Positions 24,173 through 33,548 are shown, counted from the first letter of the stretch. The stretch: DNA of 43,468 nucleotides from an uncultured Gammaproteobacteria bacterium (GCA_964490835.1 CAZBEA010000003.1:1-43468); one strand, 5' to 3'. The notes: generated by a model not told the origin, from the sequence alone. Translations and numbers: made by a program.

Positions 24173-25248
24173 TTTTTCTTATGTACGAACCGAGAGATAT
24201 TTAATAGTATCCCCACTGCTATAAAATTAATCAAGAGAGATGATCCTCCGTAAGAAATAAATGGCAGAGGAACACCGGTTAAGGGGAGCAATACGACTTG
24301 CGATGCAAAATTAATAACAGCCTGCAGCGAGATAAATGTAACGATTCCGACTCCCAGTAATTTTGCGAATGGATCGGGGCTTGCCATAGCAATTAAAAAT
24401 CCGATAGCGGAAAAAATGATAAAGATTGTTATTAAAAAAATACTACCGATAAATCCTGTCTCCTCGGCGTATATTGCGAAAATCGAATCGGTTGTTGCCT
24501 CGGGTAAATAAGCATATTTCTGAATAGACTGTCCAATTCCAACCCCGGTAATACCACCAGATCCAAGCGCAATAAGGACTTGTTTTATATGATAATCGTT
24601 ATCGGATATATTCTCGTAATTAAAATTTTGGAAGGCCATCAGTCTTTGAGCGCGATATGGTTCAACTTTTATAAGAACTAAAACTCCTACAATTCCGATA
24701 ATAAATATGGTGGCCATATGCTTCAGCGGTGCTCCGGATAGAAAATACAAAATAACAGAAGTCGTAGCTACGATCATTGTCGTTCCTAAGTCTGGCTGCA
24801 GCATGACAAGTCCGCACATCACCCCAACAAGCAGACAAAAAGCCAACAGTCTGCCTTTTTCTTTCACAGAAAGCCACGCTGCAAGATACATTGAAAGAGT
24901 TATCTTAAGCGCTTCTGACGGCTGCATGACAAAAAGCCCAAAATTGATCCATCTTCGTGCACCCTTCAATTCAAGTCCGATTCCCGGTATCAGAACAGCA
25001 AGGAGTAGTACTGTAGTAACAACAAGAATGGGAACAATGTATTTCTTGTACAGCGTATACGGAATTCGGGAAATTACAAGACACAGAAGTAATCCCGCAA
25101 TGAAATACCCCGCCTGGAATTTTACAAAATGATACTTGTCTCCGATTTGAATCAAAGAGGAATAGGTTGAGGTTTCAAAAAGAATAAACAAACCGATACA
25201 TGTTAGAATGAAACTGGTCGATAATAGGGCAATACCAATTTTGTTCAT
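24169..25248 (-). CDS. ftsW: SEDS-family lipid II flippase/polymerase FtsW
   Basis: A 10-TM protein with QPSEALKI, PEATTDSIFA and LPFISYGGSS motifs. It lies between mraY and murG, with an ATGA overlap with murG. Confidence 0.85.
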   Translation of the reverse strand: MNKIGIALLSTSFILTCIGLFILFETSTYSSLIQIGDKYHFVKFQAGYFIAGLLLCLVISRIPYTLYKKYIVPILVVTTVLLLAVLIPGIGLELKGARRWINFGLFVMQPSEALKITLSMYLAAWLSVKEKGRLLAFCLLVGVMCGLVMLQPDLGTTMIVATTSVILYFLSGAPLKHMATIFIIGIVGVLVLIKVEPYRAQRLMAFQNFNYENISDNDYHIKQVLIALGSGGITGVGIGQSIQKYAYLPEATTDSIFAIYAEETGFIGSIFLITIFIIFSAIGFLIAMASPDPFAKLLGVGIVTFISLQAVINFASQVVLLPLTGVPLPFISYGGSSLLINFIAVGILLNISRFVHKKK

Positions 25249-25251
25249 GTA

Positions 25252-26271
25252 CTAAATGAGCGCCAGATACAAGCCGATAAGTGCAAAAACCATCCCCAAC
25301 AGCCATGCACGCATTACTACCTTTGGCTCTTCCCATCCTTTTTGTAGAAGATACAGATGGAACGGGGCAACTGGAAATGCTTTTTTCTTTAGGAATTTTT
25401 TTGAGAGAATTTGTATGAGTGATGAGGCAACTTCAATGACAAATACCCCACCGATAAAACCTATCGCAATGGTCTTACCCGTTAACAGCCCTATGACGGC
25501 AAGTGCCGCGCCGAAGGCAAGGGAACCGACATCACCCATCCATAACCTTGCCTTATAAATATTGAAATACAAAAACGCAGCAACCGAACCAAGAAGTACC
25601 GACGTAAATAATCCAAGCGATGGATCAAGAATATTTGCAGAAATTGCTAAAAATGCAATAAGACATATGACAAACAACCCAGCAGATAACCCATCCAACC
25701 CATCCGTTATATTTACGGCGTTAACAAAAGAAACAATAACAAAAGCAGCAAATAGAATATACATCGCTCCAATTGCGACATCACCAAACCAATGTATATA
25801 CACAAAATTATATCCGTTCATATACAGAATTGTTCCGATAATAATTGCCAAAATCCATTGAATAATAAATTTATATTTGAATCTAAGACCGAAAAATGGT
25901 GAGCTTTTACCATTTAAAATTTTCTTAAGATCGTCATAAAAACCCAGAGCACCAAAACCTATAAATGCAAATAGCAATGTTGCGATTTCCCAAAGCTTAA
26001 CGTTAACTCCCAAGATACCATAAGCAAACAAGGTTAGAAATGTAACAACACCGATAACAAGTATTCCCCCACCAAAAGGAGTACCGACCTTCCAATCGCT
26101 CATTTTGTCAAAAAGTGGAGTTCTTTTATTAAATATGTCTCTCGTTTTTTGTTTGCGTCGTTGCAATTTTATTCGATAGAGAAAATCGATAAAAGGCACA
26201 AGACATACCGCAGTCACAAAAAATGATAGGATTGTAAATCCGAGTAATCTTTCCATACGAATGATCCTCAT
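25252..26271 (-). CDS. mraY: Phospho-N-acetylmuramoyl-pentapeptide transferase
   Basis: NAVNITDGLDGL and MGDVGSLAFGAAL motifs in a polytopic protein. The ORF-track start at 26298 is TTG. ATGs occur at 26271 and 26256; the latter has a GAGGA SD 7 nt upstream and may be the true start. Confidence 0.92.
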   Translation of the reverse strand: MRIIRMERLLGFTILSFFVTAVCLVPFIDFLYRIKLQRRKQKTRDIFNKRTPLFDKMSDWKVGTPFGGGILVIGVVTFLTLFAYGILGVNVKLWEIATLLFAFIGFGALGFYDDLKKILNGKSSPFFGLRFKYKFIIQWILAIIIGTILYMNGYNFVYIHWFGDVAIGAMYILFAAFVIVSFVNAVNITDGLDGLSAGLFVICLIAFLAISANILDPSLGLFTSVLLGSVAAFLYFNIYKARLWMGDVGSLAFGAALAVIGLLTGKTIAIGFIGGVFVIEVASSLIQILSKKFLKKKAFPVAPFHLYLLQKGWEEPKVVMRAWLLGMVFALIGLYLALI

Positions 26272-26299
26272 TATATCACCATATAGTATGGTGATCAAA

Positions 26300-27325
26300 C
26301 TATCTCAAAAAGTGTCCTTTTCGAACAGTTGTCAGAAAGTCTATGATAAAGGTAATCCAGTATCTTTTTGAAACCGGAAGATCTAAGGAGTGTAGGTAAT
26401 CAACTTGAAATCCACCAAATCCTTTCTTAAAACTTGAGAGACCGTACCATGGATTTTTGGGGTTTTCATCTTTTGAGATTCCCCAAAAATCATAATATTT
26501 AATCCCGTTTTTCCTGGCCTCTTGGATCGCATGCCATTGGAGAAGATACGATGCCGCGGTTTTTCTTCCAACTTCGCTTGTTGCACCATGTCTATAGATT
26601 GCTGAATTTTGAGAATAAATGATAAGAGCCCCTGCAAGAATTTTGTTTTGTTGTTGCGCCAAATAGAGTTTTGCTTTGCCGATTTTTTGAAAATACTCAA
26701 ATTCTTCTCTTATTAAATTATGTGGAACAAACCCTTTTATTAGAGCAGTTTGCTGATATATTTTTTCAAATTTTTTAAATGAGTCAGCTGTCAATTCCGA
26801 TTGGACTTCAATCCCTTCTTTCTCACCTCTTCTAATCATATATCGGGTCGTTTTTCGCATTCCGGAAAGAATGGTGCTTTCTTCTTGATCCAAATCAAGC
26901 ACCCATCTGTTTTCGGCGTCAATATTATAAACCGGGGAAAACCGAAAACCGGCACTTTTCAGAAATTTTTCAGAATGTGTACCCTCTCGAATCAAAGGAC
27001 TTATTCTTACAAAGCTGGCATTCTTTTCTTCAGCAAGTTTTTTCAGAAAGAAAGCAAGTTCTCGAGCATAAGTTTTTGTCCATTTTTTAAGAACCGGTCC
27101 ATGACGAACGTGTAAAAAATGACCTCGTTTTGCTTTTTTCTCGAATATTTGCATTACACCGATTCGAGATTTTCCGTCAAAAATATCATACTGTTCAACT
27201 TTGGTATGATGGTTTTTTTCTATCTCGCCCCATTCAAGTGTCTGAAAAAATGGAGAGTTTTCACTCAGCTCAAGCGCTTGGTCCCATGTCTTTTTATCAA
27301 TTTGCCTATGAAATTTGAGACTCAT
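26300..27325 (-). CDS. FemAB-family aminoacyl-tRNA-dependent peptidoglycan peptide-branch transferase, short FemX-like form
   Basis: Motifs FFQTLEWGEIEK, ...HVRHGPV..., RKTTRYMIRRGEKEGIEV, AIYRHGATS, ASYLLQWHAIQEARKNGIKYYDFWGI and SSFKKGFGG. At 341 aa it has no long coiled-coil insert. Confidence 0.8.
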   Translation of the reverse strand: MSLKFHRQIDKKTWDQALELSENSPFFQTLEWGEIEKNHHTKVEQYDIFDGKSRIGVMQIFEKKAKRGHFLHVRHGPVLKKWTKTYARELAFFLKKLAEEKNASFVRISPLIREGTHSEKFLKSAGFRFSPVYNIDAENRWVLDLDQEESTILSGMRKTTRYMIRRGEKEGIEVQSELTADSFKKFEKIYQQTALIKGFVPHNLIREEFEYFQKIGKAKLYLAQQQNKILAGALIIYSQNSAIYRHGATSEVGRKTAASYLLQWHAIQEARKNGIKYYDFWGISKDENPKNPWYGLSSFKKGFGGFQVDYLHSLDLPVSKRYWITFIIDFLTTVRKGHFLR

Positions 27326-28526
27326 ATTTTTTTATGGACTTAATAACTCTATTGATGTCTTTTTTGTTAAGTGTGGGGTTTGTTGGAAGATTGATGATTT
27401 GCTTTGCAACTCTTTCTGCAACCGGACACGAATGTGATTTATACTTTAAATCCTTGAGTGGTATCGATTTTGGATCTATACAATTCGAGTACCAATTACC
27501 AAGATATATTCTGTCTTTCTTTGCGAAATTCAGTATCTGGTCTCTTTTTACCGAGAAATATGGGACCCTCAACAATGGAGAGTCTTTTCGAAGATTTACA
27601 CCGACCAAATAATTTTTTTTGTACATGCCTACCCACTCAATTCTTTTTTTGTTAAAATCCTCAACCGAGTTTAATTGCATAAAAATGAGTCGGGCAAGTG
27701 CATTCGGATATTTTTGAATAGAATCGTTGCCTAATCTTAACTCATTTCCGACAGGACTTGGAACAATTTTTGACGCCCTATACATTTTTGTAGCTGCTTT
27801 TCCCAGGAAAGGATGTATGTAGAAAAGCGCATAAATCAAATATGTAATTGCCGGGTGGAGCAGGTATCTTACTATCTCGTGCGGTTCTGGAAATGGGAGC
27901 AATTCATATTCTTCAAGAATTTTTGAAGAAAGAAATGAATCCTGAACTATCAGCGCCCCACCGGTTACCGAAGAAATCGCTTTATCTCGACCAAAACTAA
28001 AAAGGTACCCGTCAGCATTCATCTTTAAATACTCCTCCGGATCAAAAATATGAGCTAAATCTAAGAGTAGGAATATTCCCTTCTCACGAGCTAATTTTTT
28101 AATTTTTACAAATTCCGGTGTAATTCCAAAAGTAGATTGCAAGATAACAACTTTTGTTTTTGGGGTGACTTTCCTCTCAAATTCGGAGTAATCCATAGAT
28201 AACGTTTTTTCTGAAATATCAGCATAAATGGGAACCGCACCGGTCCAGAGAATCGGCTGCACAACAGCAGCGCATGTAAATGCCTGAACAATTACTTCAT
28301 CACCCTTTGAAACATTAAGACTTCTAAGCAACATATACTCACCTTCTCGTGCCCGCATAAAAAGAAAAACGTTTGGAGATTGAAATAATTTTTTTAAATG
28401 GAGACCGGTGAAGTTAAGCCAATCACCTTGCTGCAATTCAGCAACTCGGAAAAGAGATCTTATTGATGCAGCAACATCAATAAGTCGAAGGTTTGGGGCA
28501 AGTCCGCATGAAATGAGGCGTTTCAT
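27306..28526 (-). CDS. DegT/DnrJ/EryC1/StrS-like fold-type-I PLP-dependent enzyme (divergent)
   Basis: GDEVIVQAFTCAAVVQPILWTGAVPIYADI, ...VVILQSTFG..., LLDLAH and FSFGRDKAISSVTGGALI (the putative PLP lysine) follow the DegT aminotransferase layout, but with non-canonical residues. ATGA overlap with murF and a 20-nt overlap with the FemX-like gene. Confidence 0.65.
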   Translation of the reverse strand: MKRLISCGLAPNLRLIDVAASIRSLFRVAELQQGDWLNFTGLHLKKLFQSPNVFLFMRAREGEYMLLRSLNVSKGDEVIVQAFTCAAVVQPILWTGAVPIYADISEKTLSMDYSEFERKVTPKTKVVILQSTFGITPEFVKIKKLAREKGIFLLLDLAHIFDPEEYLKMNADGYLFSFGRDKAISSVTGGALIVQDSFLSSKILEEYELLPFPEPHEIVRYLLHPAITYLIYALFYIHPFLGKAATKMYRASKIVPSPVGNELRLGNDSIQKYPNALARLIFMQLNSVEDFNKKRIEWVGMYKKNYLVGVNLRKDSPLLRVPYFSVKRDQILNFAKKDRIYLGNWYSNCIDPKSIPLKDLKYKSHSCPVAERVAKQIINLPTNPTLNKKDINRVIKSIKKYESQIS

Positions 28527-30133
28527 TTCCCAAAAACCTTCCTTTTATGGACAAGTGAAAAAGCTCCAAATGACTCTTTTCCTTCAAAAACCGCACCGTC
28601 TTTTTCCGAAAGTGAATTAATAAATTCTGCGATTTCACTCTGAGACGCAACTTTAAGAACCAAATCAGAATCGATTTTCTTGGCACCTTGAGTAATAGCG
28701 GAGAGGAAATTTTTATTCGTTAAAAAAAGATAATCGCATAATTGAGCAGCTTTTTTTCCTACTTCAAAATGATGCTTAACAGCCGAATCCCCAAGCTCTA
28801 TCATTGGCTGAAGCACCAAAACCTTTTTTCCTTTAAATATTTGCAAGTAATCGAGAGCTGAGTCGACAGAAGCAGGATTTGCATTAAAAGTATCATCAAT
28901 TACTACGGTATTTTTAGAAGTCAGGTATGGTTCCATTGTTTTGTTGAAGGGAATTATTTGTAAAAGTGCGTTTTTTATTTCAGCAACGGTCATACCCATT
29001 TTTTCTGCTATCCAAATACCCGGTAATACATTTTCAATATGATGTCTTCCGACAAGGTTTGTTCTGAATGATCCAAATTCACGACCCCTAATAAATACCT
29101 TAAATTTTAAAGATGTCGGCAGAACCTTTATGTCAGTTGCCGTAATATCCGCTGAGTGCGTTCCACCAACTTTGTATAAAATTTTTTTCTTTCTTGTTCT
29201 CTTGTATAATTTCAAAGCATTCGCGTTATTTCCATTAAAAAGCGAAATGCCATTATTTGGAATAGAATCTATTAACTCGTATTTTGCTTTCATTGTATTC
29301 TCAACTGAACCAAAGAGAGAAACATGCTGTTCATTTACTGCTGTCAAAATTCCAATGAGAGGACGGACCATATTGCACATATATTGAATTTCACCTCGCT
29401 TATATGCTCCCATCTCTACTATGAAAATTTTTGTTTTAGTGCTTACATCTGAAAGAAGCGATCTGGCAATTCCAATCGGAGTATTAAACGTGTCTTTTGT
29501 TTTGGCAACGTTAAATTTTGAAGAAAGTATTGTATGCATGTATTCTTTTGTCGAACCTTTACCATAACTTCCTGTGATTCCAATAACCATAAGATTTGAA
29601 AGCTTTTCCCTTTTTTTTATAGCTTTATTTATTGTTATATCTCTTGAAAAATCTGCAGGAATTGAAAAAAGTAATATTTGTATCCCTATAATAAATGGGA
29701 TCATAATATCAACGACCAAGAGCCAAAGTGCAATATCAATTGGCGCAAAAATATATAAAAGAATCGATAATGAAAATGTAACTATTGCTATGAAAATAAT
29801 TTTCGTAGTGAATTCTGGAATTTTTACTTTCCTATGAAGGAAGAATTGCTTTTTATCAAGAAGTATATAAGCGAATAATAAAAGAGCGGCAAACGTGTAT
29901 AAAGTTAAAATATTGTAATAAATAAGAAGAACATAGCTAAAAATTAGCAATAACCTAAGAGCTGTAATTCTTCCAAAAACAAGCTCTCTTCCTTGAATCG
30001 TCTCTCGAACATGAACCATAAGCCTATCCATTCGGTATTCTTTCATTTGCCACAGATGTAACCAAAAAAGAATTTTATATATTACCTGAATAAAGAACAG
30101 GACTGTGAGAGGAAAAATGAGTAAATTAAGCAT
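28523..30133 (-). CDS. murF: UDP-MurNAc-tripeptide--D-alanyl-D-alanine ligase fused to an N-terminal polytopic membrane domain
   Basis: Residues ~1-165 contain about 5 hydrophobic helices and the motif LWQMKEYRMDR. The P-loop GITGSYGKGST lies at ~185-195. Further motifs are FNTPIGIARSLL, VEMGAYKRGEIQYM, AVNEQHVSLFGS and VIDDTFNANPASV, typical of MurF. Confidence 0.85.
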   Translation of the reverse strand: MLNLLIFPLTVLFFIQVIYKILFWLHLWQMKEYRMDRLMVHVRETIQGRELVFGRITALRLLLIFSYVLLIYYNILTLYTFAALLLFAYILLDKKQFFLHRKVKIPEFTTKIIFIAIVTFSLSILLYIFAPIDIALWLLVVDIMIPFIIGIQILLFSIPADFSRDITINKAIKKREKLSNLMVIGITGSYGKGSTKEYMHTILSSKFNVAKTKDTFNTPIGIARSLLSDVSTKTKIFIVEMGAYKRGEIQYMCNMVRPLIGILTAVNEQHVSLFGSVENTMKAKYELIDSIPNNGISLFNGNNANALKLYKRTRKKKILYKVGGTHSADITATDIKVLPTSLKFKVFIRGREFGSFRTNLVGRHHIENVLPGIWIAEKMGMTVAEIKNALLQIIPFNKTMEPYLTSKNTVVIDDTFNANPASVDSALDYLQIFKGKKVLVLQPMIELGDSAVKHHFEVGKKAAQLCDYLFLTNKNFLSAITQGAKKIDSDLVLKVASQSEIAEFINSLSEKDGAVFEGKESFGAFSLVHKRKVFGK

Positions 30134-30848
30134 ACTTCTCTATATATGAATCGACAATATCTGCAAATTGCTTCGGATCTTGATATGGCAGGGAATGCCC
30201 GAAACCCTTTACTTTTCTTGCGTGTTTTACTTGATTTATTTTTTGTATTTTATCCAGATCACTCGCGGGTGTCAAACGGTCAAGTTCACCCCATATAAGA
30301 ACAACCGGAGCTGTGATGTTTTGAAAATAAGGAATGAGAGATTCTCCAATTATATTTTTGAAAGTATTTTTTTTCTCGCCTGTTTTTACATAATCATACT
30401 CTCCAATAATTCTATAGAGTGCTTTTCTGGATAAATGTGCCCACGACGCAGGCAAGATCACAAATGGAATCTTCAGAGTTTTTGCAGCAACAAGACTCAC
30501 TCTTTGTTTGAGTCCGTAATGACGGATAATGGGAACACCAGTTAAGACTAACAATGCAACATTCTCATTATTGAAAGAAGTATACTGAACCCCTACTCTT
30601 CCCCCAAAAGAATGTCCGACGATAATATGTTTGGTGATCTTATTCTTCTCAAGAAATTTTGTATAGAATTCTGTAAAGTCCGAGAGGGTCATCGAAGATT
30701 TTGTCGCAATTTCTTTTCCAAATCCGGGAAAATCCGGGGAGAAAACTTTATATCCTTTTTTTTCTAAATATTTTCTAAATTCGGAGTATCGTTCTCCTGA
30801 AAGACCCCAACCATGGAGAATAACTACAGTATGATCTTGTTTTTTCAT
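30126..30848 (-). CDS. Alpha/beta-fold hydrolase (Ser-Asp-His triad) of unknown substrate
   Basis: VVILHGWG, the nucleophile elbow VGHSFGG, GELDRLT and GFGHSL. Overlaps the murF start by 8 nt. Confidence 0.75.
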   Translation of the reverse strand: MKKQDHTVVILHGWGLSGERYSEFRKYLEKKGYKVFSPDFPGFGKEIATKSSMTLSDFTEFYTKFLEKNKITKHIIVGHSFGGRVGVQYTSFNNENVALLVLTGVPIIRHYGLKQRVSLVAAKTLKIPFVILPASWAHLSRKALYRIIGEYDYVKTGEKKNTFKNIIGESLIPYFQNITAPVVLIWGELDRLTPASDLDKIQKINQVKHARKVKGFGHSLPYQDPKQFADIVDSYIEKYA

Positions 30849-30862
30849 TTGTATATGAGGAA

Positions 30863-31483
30863 TTACCGCTCCTTAATTATACTAGCTTCGGGGTGACATC
30901 CTTTCACTGAAACGAGCGGATAAACAAGTGAATTCTTTCCAAGTAGAGTTCCGGGATTTAGAACAGCATTTACTCCCACGGTAACCCCATCACCCACAAC
31001 TGCACCAAATTTTTCAAGACCGGTATCGATCAGTATTTCTTCGTTTTTCACTTTTACAGGAGCTCTATCGAGCCTGAGGTTTGCAATAATTGCACCTCCT
31101 GAAATATTCACATTATTTCCAATGACACTATCACCAACGTAATTTAAGTGACCAATACTCGTATCATTAAGGATTATTGAGTGTTTTATTTCCCCACCAT
31201 GCCCAATGAAAACATTATCTCCTATAACAACTCCGTTACGTAATAAAACTCCATGACCAATGATACAGTTTTTGCCTATTACGGCTTTCCCCTCAATGCG
31301 AGCCGTATCCTGAATGGTGCTGGTCGGGTCAATTACAATCGTTTCCTTTTGTGCTTCTGCCAACTTTTTATCAATGTATAAGTCGAGCTTTTTTAGCGCT
31401 TCCCAAACAGAATGGTTTGAATTAAAAAGATCTTTGTGATCGAATTTTTCTAAATCAAAGAAATCGGGTGCTAAAAAATTCAT
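30863..31483 (-). CDS. Left-handed beta-helix (hexapeptide-repeat) acyltransferase, GlmU C-terminal-domain-like
   Basis: Repeated [LIV]G..... hexapeptides run from ~residue 60 to the end (IGKNCIIGHGVLLRNGVVIGDNVFIGHGGEI...). ATGA overlap with the upstream nucleotidyltransferase. Confidence 0.6.
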   Translation of the reverse strand: MNFLAPDFFDLEKFDHKDLFNSNHSVWEALKKLDLYIDKKLAEAQKETIVIDPTSTIQDTARIEGKAVIGKNCIIGHGVLLRNGVVIGDNVFIGHGGEIKHSIILNDTSIGHLNYVGDSVIGNNVNISGGAIIANLRLDRAPVKVKNEEILIDTGLEKFGAVVGDGVTVGVNAVLNPGTLLGKNSLVYPLVSVKGCHPEASIIKER

Positions 31484-32223
31484 AATTTAGTCAATAAATC
31501 CTCTGCCTCCCGTAATTCATCCGGAGTATTTATCCCGCGCCATATTACATTCTCTGCCGTATATGTATGAACATTTAACTTATTTTGCAAGGCCAGCTCA
31601 ATGAGGCTTGTTAAGTAGTACTCACGGGTAGCGGGACTTTTTGGGATTTTGTTAATATAGCTCTTTAAAAATTTCTTTGAAAACACAAAGCACCCGGGAT
31701 TTATTTCTGAAATTTTTTTCTGAGCTTCTGTCGCATCTTTTTCTTCAACTATTCCTATAAGTGTCCCACTCTCGTCCCTATCAATTCTCCCGAGCCCTTT
31801 TGGATCGGAAACTTTGAGAGTCAGAAATGTAACGTCACTTTTCATTTCACGATGTTTTTTGAGAAGAGACGAAAGAACGTCTGAACTATACGAGGTGTCA
31901 TCGCCGTAAAACACGAAGACATCAATTACATCGTCCGGAACAATCTTTAAACCTTTTTTTACAGCATGCCCGGTACCAAGTCTTTTACTCTGATAGGCAT
32001 AGAGTACCGAATCACCTACTAATTTTTTAACCGATTCCTGCGCATGACCTACTACGAGAACAAGATATGGAATACCGGTTTGTCTGAGATTCTTCACGAT
32101 CCGAAGTATTATTGGTTCACCTGAAAGACGCAGCGTAACTTTATTAGCCTTTTTAGCGTTCATTCGTTTGCCTTTTCCAGCTGCCAAGATAATCGCGCAT
32201 GTATTTTCAAAAACACTACTCAT
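31480..32223 (-). CDS. Sugar-1-phosphate nucleotidyltransferase, GlmU N-terminal-domain-like
   Basis: AIILAAGKGKRM (the LAAGkG.RM pyrophosphorylase loop), YQSKRLGTGHAV and FYGDD. At 247 aa it has no LbH domain attached. Confidence 0.7.
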   Translation of the reverse strand: MSSVFENTCAIILAAGKGKRMNAKKANKVTLRLSGEPIILRIVKNLRQTGIPYLVLVVGHAQESVKKLVGDSVLYAYQSKRLGTGHAVKKGLKIVPDDVIDVFVFYGDDTSYSSDVLSSLLKKHREMKSDVTFLTLKVSDPKGLGRIDRDESGTLIGIVEEKDATEAQKKISEINPGCFVFSKKFLKSYINKIPKSPATREYYLTSLIELALQNKLNVHTYTAENVIWRGINTPDELREAEDLLTKL

Positions 32224-32225
32224 AA

Positions 32226-33548
32226 TTATTCATTTACAACTGAGATTTCTGCTCCTAAAGCCTCTAACCTTTCTTCAAAATTTTCATATCCTCTATCCAA
32301 ATGTTCTACGCCAAATATAATGCTCTCACCCTTTGCTAACAGAGCTGCAATAAGAAGTGTTGCTCCGGCTCTCAAATCAGCCATCGTGAGAACTGCGTTA
32401 TGAAGGATTGTTGGGCCAACTATTTTTATACCCTGCATCTTGTTAGAAAAATCATCGGTATCAAAATTATAAAAATCCGCAGGATTGCTCACTTCCGGTT
32501 TGAAGAATTCAATTTTTGCACCCATCTTATTTAATTCGCTTACATATTCAAATCTCTTCTCATATACGGTTTCATGAATTGTCGAAACTCCTTGGGCTTG
32601 AGTTGCAAGAATTGCCCATGGCCCCTGCCAATCTGTCATAAATCCGGGATGAATTCCGGTTGTAATATCAAGCGCTTTAAGCTGATCTTTTATATAAAAG
32701 GAGATTCCATTTTCACTCTCCTGATATTCTCCACCCGCCTTTTTAAATACTTTCAAGAATTCATCGATATGTTTTAGGTTGCCATTTTGTATTTGTATGG
32801 CACCGTCGTTCAAAGCCGATAAAATTGCCAAGGTCACGAATTCGTTTCTGTCTGTGGTGATCGTGAAATCCGTTCCCGATAGTTTTTCAACTCCCTCAAT
32901 CTCAATAATCCTATTCTCTTTTCTTGTAATTTTTGCTCCCATTTGATTTAGTAGCGCAATAAGGTCATCGATTTCCGGCTCAAGCGCTGCATTTTGGATA
33001 ACGGTTGTACCCTTGGCAAGAACACCGGCCAGGATAATGGTTTCGGTCCCTGTATGTGAATTTTTTATAAAAGATACTGTACCCCCGTGAAGCGATTCGG
33101 CGGATGCGTGAAAGTATCCATCGTCACTCGAATATTCAATATCTATTCCAAGCTCTCCAAGACCTTTAATGTGTCGGTCGATAGGTCGAGCCCCTAATCG
33201 ACAGCCCCCGGGATTGGGGACGCTTGCTTTTCCGGTTCTTGCAACAAGAGGTGCCAAAAACATAGTTGAAGTTCTAATACTTGCTCCAAGTTCTAGTGGA
33301 ATTTCATATTTGGAGATATTTTTTGCTTCGATGGTCACAACGTCATCCTCAAAATGCACGTCTCCACCCAAGTACTTTATGATTTCCACGAGCAGGAATA
33401 CGTCGCTGATTCTTGGTACGTTTCGCAATGTTACTTTTTCCTCGGTAAGACACGCGGCTATAAGTGCTTTGGTTATAACATTTTTAGCGCCCGAGACACG
33501 GATCGTACCTTCCAATTTTTTTCCACCATGGACAATGTATTTTTTCAT
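32226..33548 (-). CDS. murA: UDP-N-acetylglucosamine 1-carboxyvinyltransferase
   Basis: GGKKLEGTIRVSGAKN, the active-site loop PGGCRLGARPIDRH and C-terminal DLRAGATLLIAAL...HLDRGYE. Confidence 0.95.
   Translation of the reverse strand: MKKYIVHGGKKLEGTIRVSGAKNVITKALIAACLTEEKVTLRNVPRISDVFLLVEIIKYLGGDVHFEDDVVTIEAKNISKYEIPLELGASIRTSTMFLAPLVARTGKASVPNPGGCRLGARPIDRHIKGLGELGIDIEYSSDDGYFHASAESLHGGTVSFIKNSHTGTETIILAGVLAKGTTVIQNAALEPEIDDLIALLNQMGAKITRKENRIIEIEGVEKLSGTDFTITTDRNEFVTLAILSALNDGAIQIQNGNLKHIDEFLKVFKKAGGEYQESENGISFYIKDQLKALDITTGIHPGFMTDWQGPWAILATQAQGVSTIHETVYEKRFEYVSELNKMGAKIEFFKPEVSNPADFYNFDTDDFSNKMQGIKIVGPTILHNAVLTMADLRAGATLLIAALLAKGESIIFGVEHLDRGYENFEERLEALGAEISVVNE

Noticed and set aside
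24707-25861. Plus-strand ORFs of 99-141 aa inside ftsW and mraY.
   Set aside because: They are antisense to well-supported membrane-protein genes. This is the typical shadow-ORF pattern, with no start context and no recognisable motifs.
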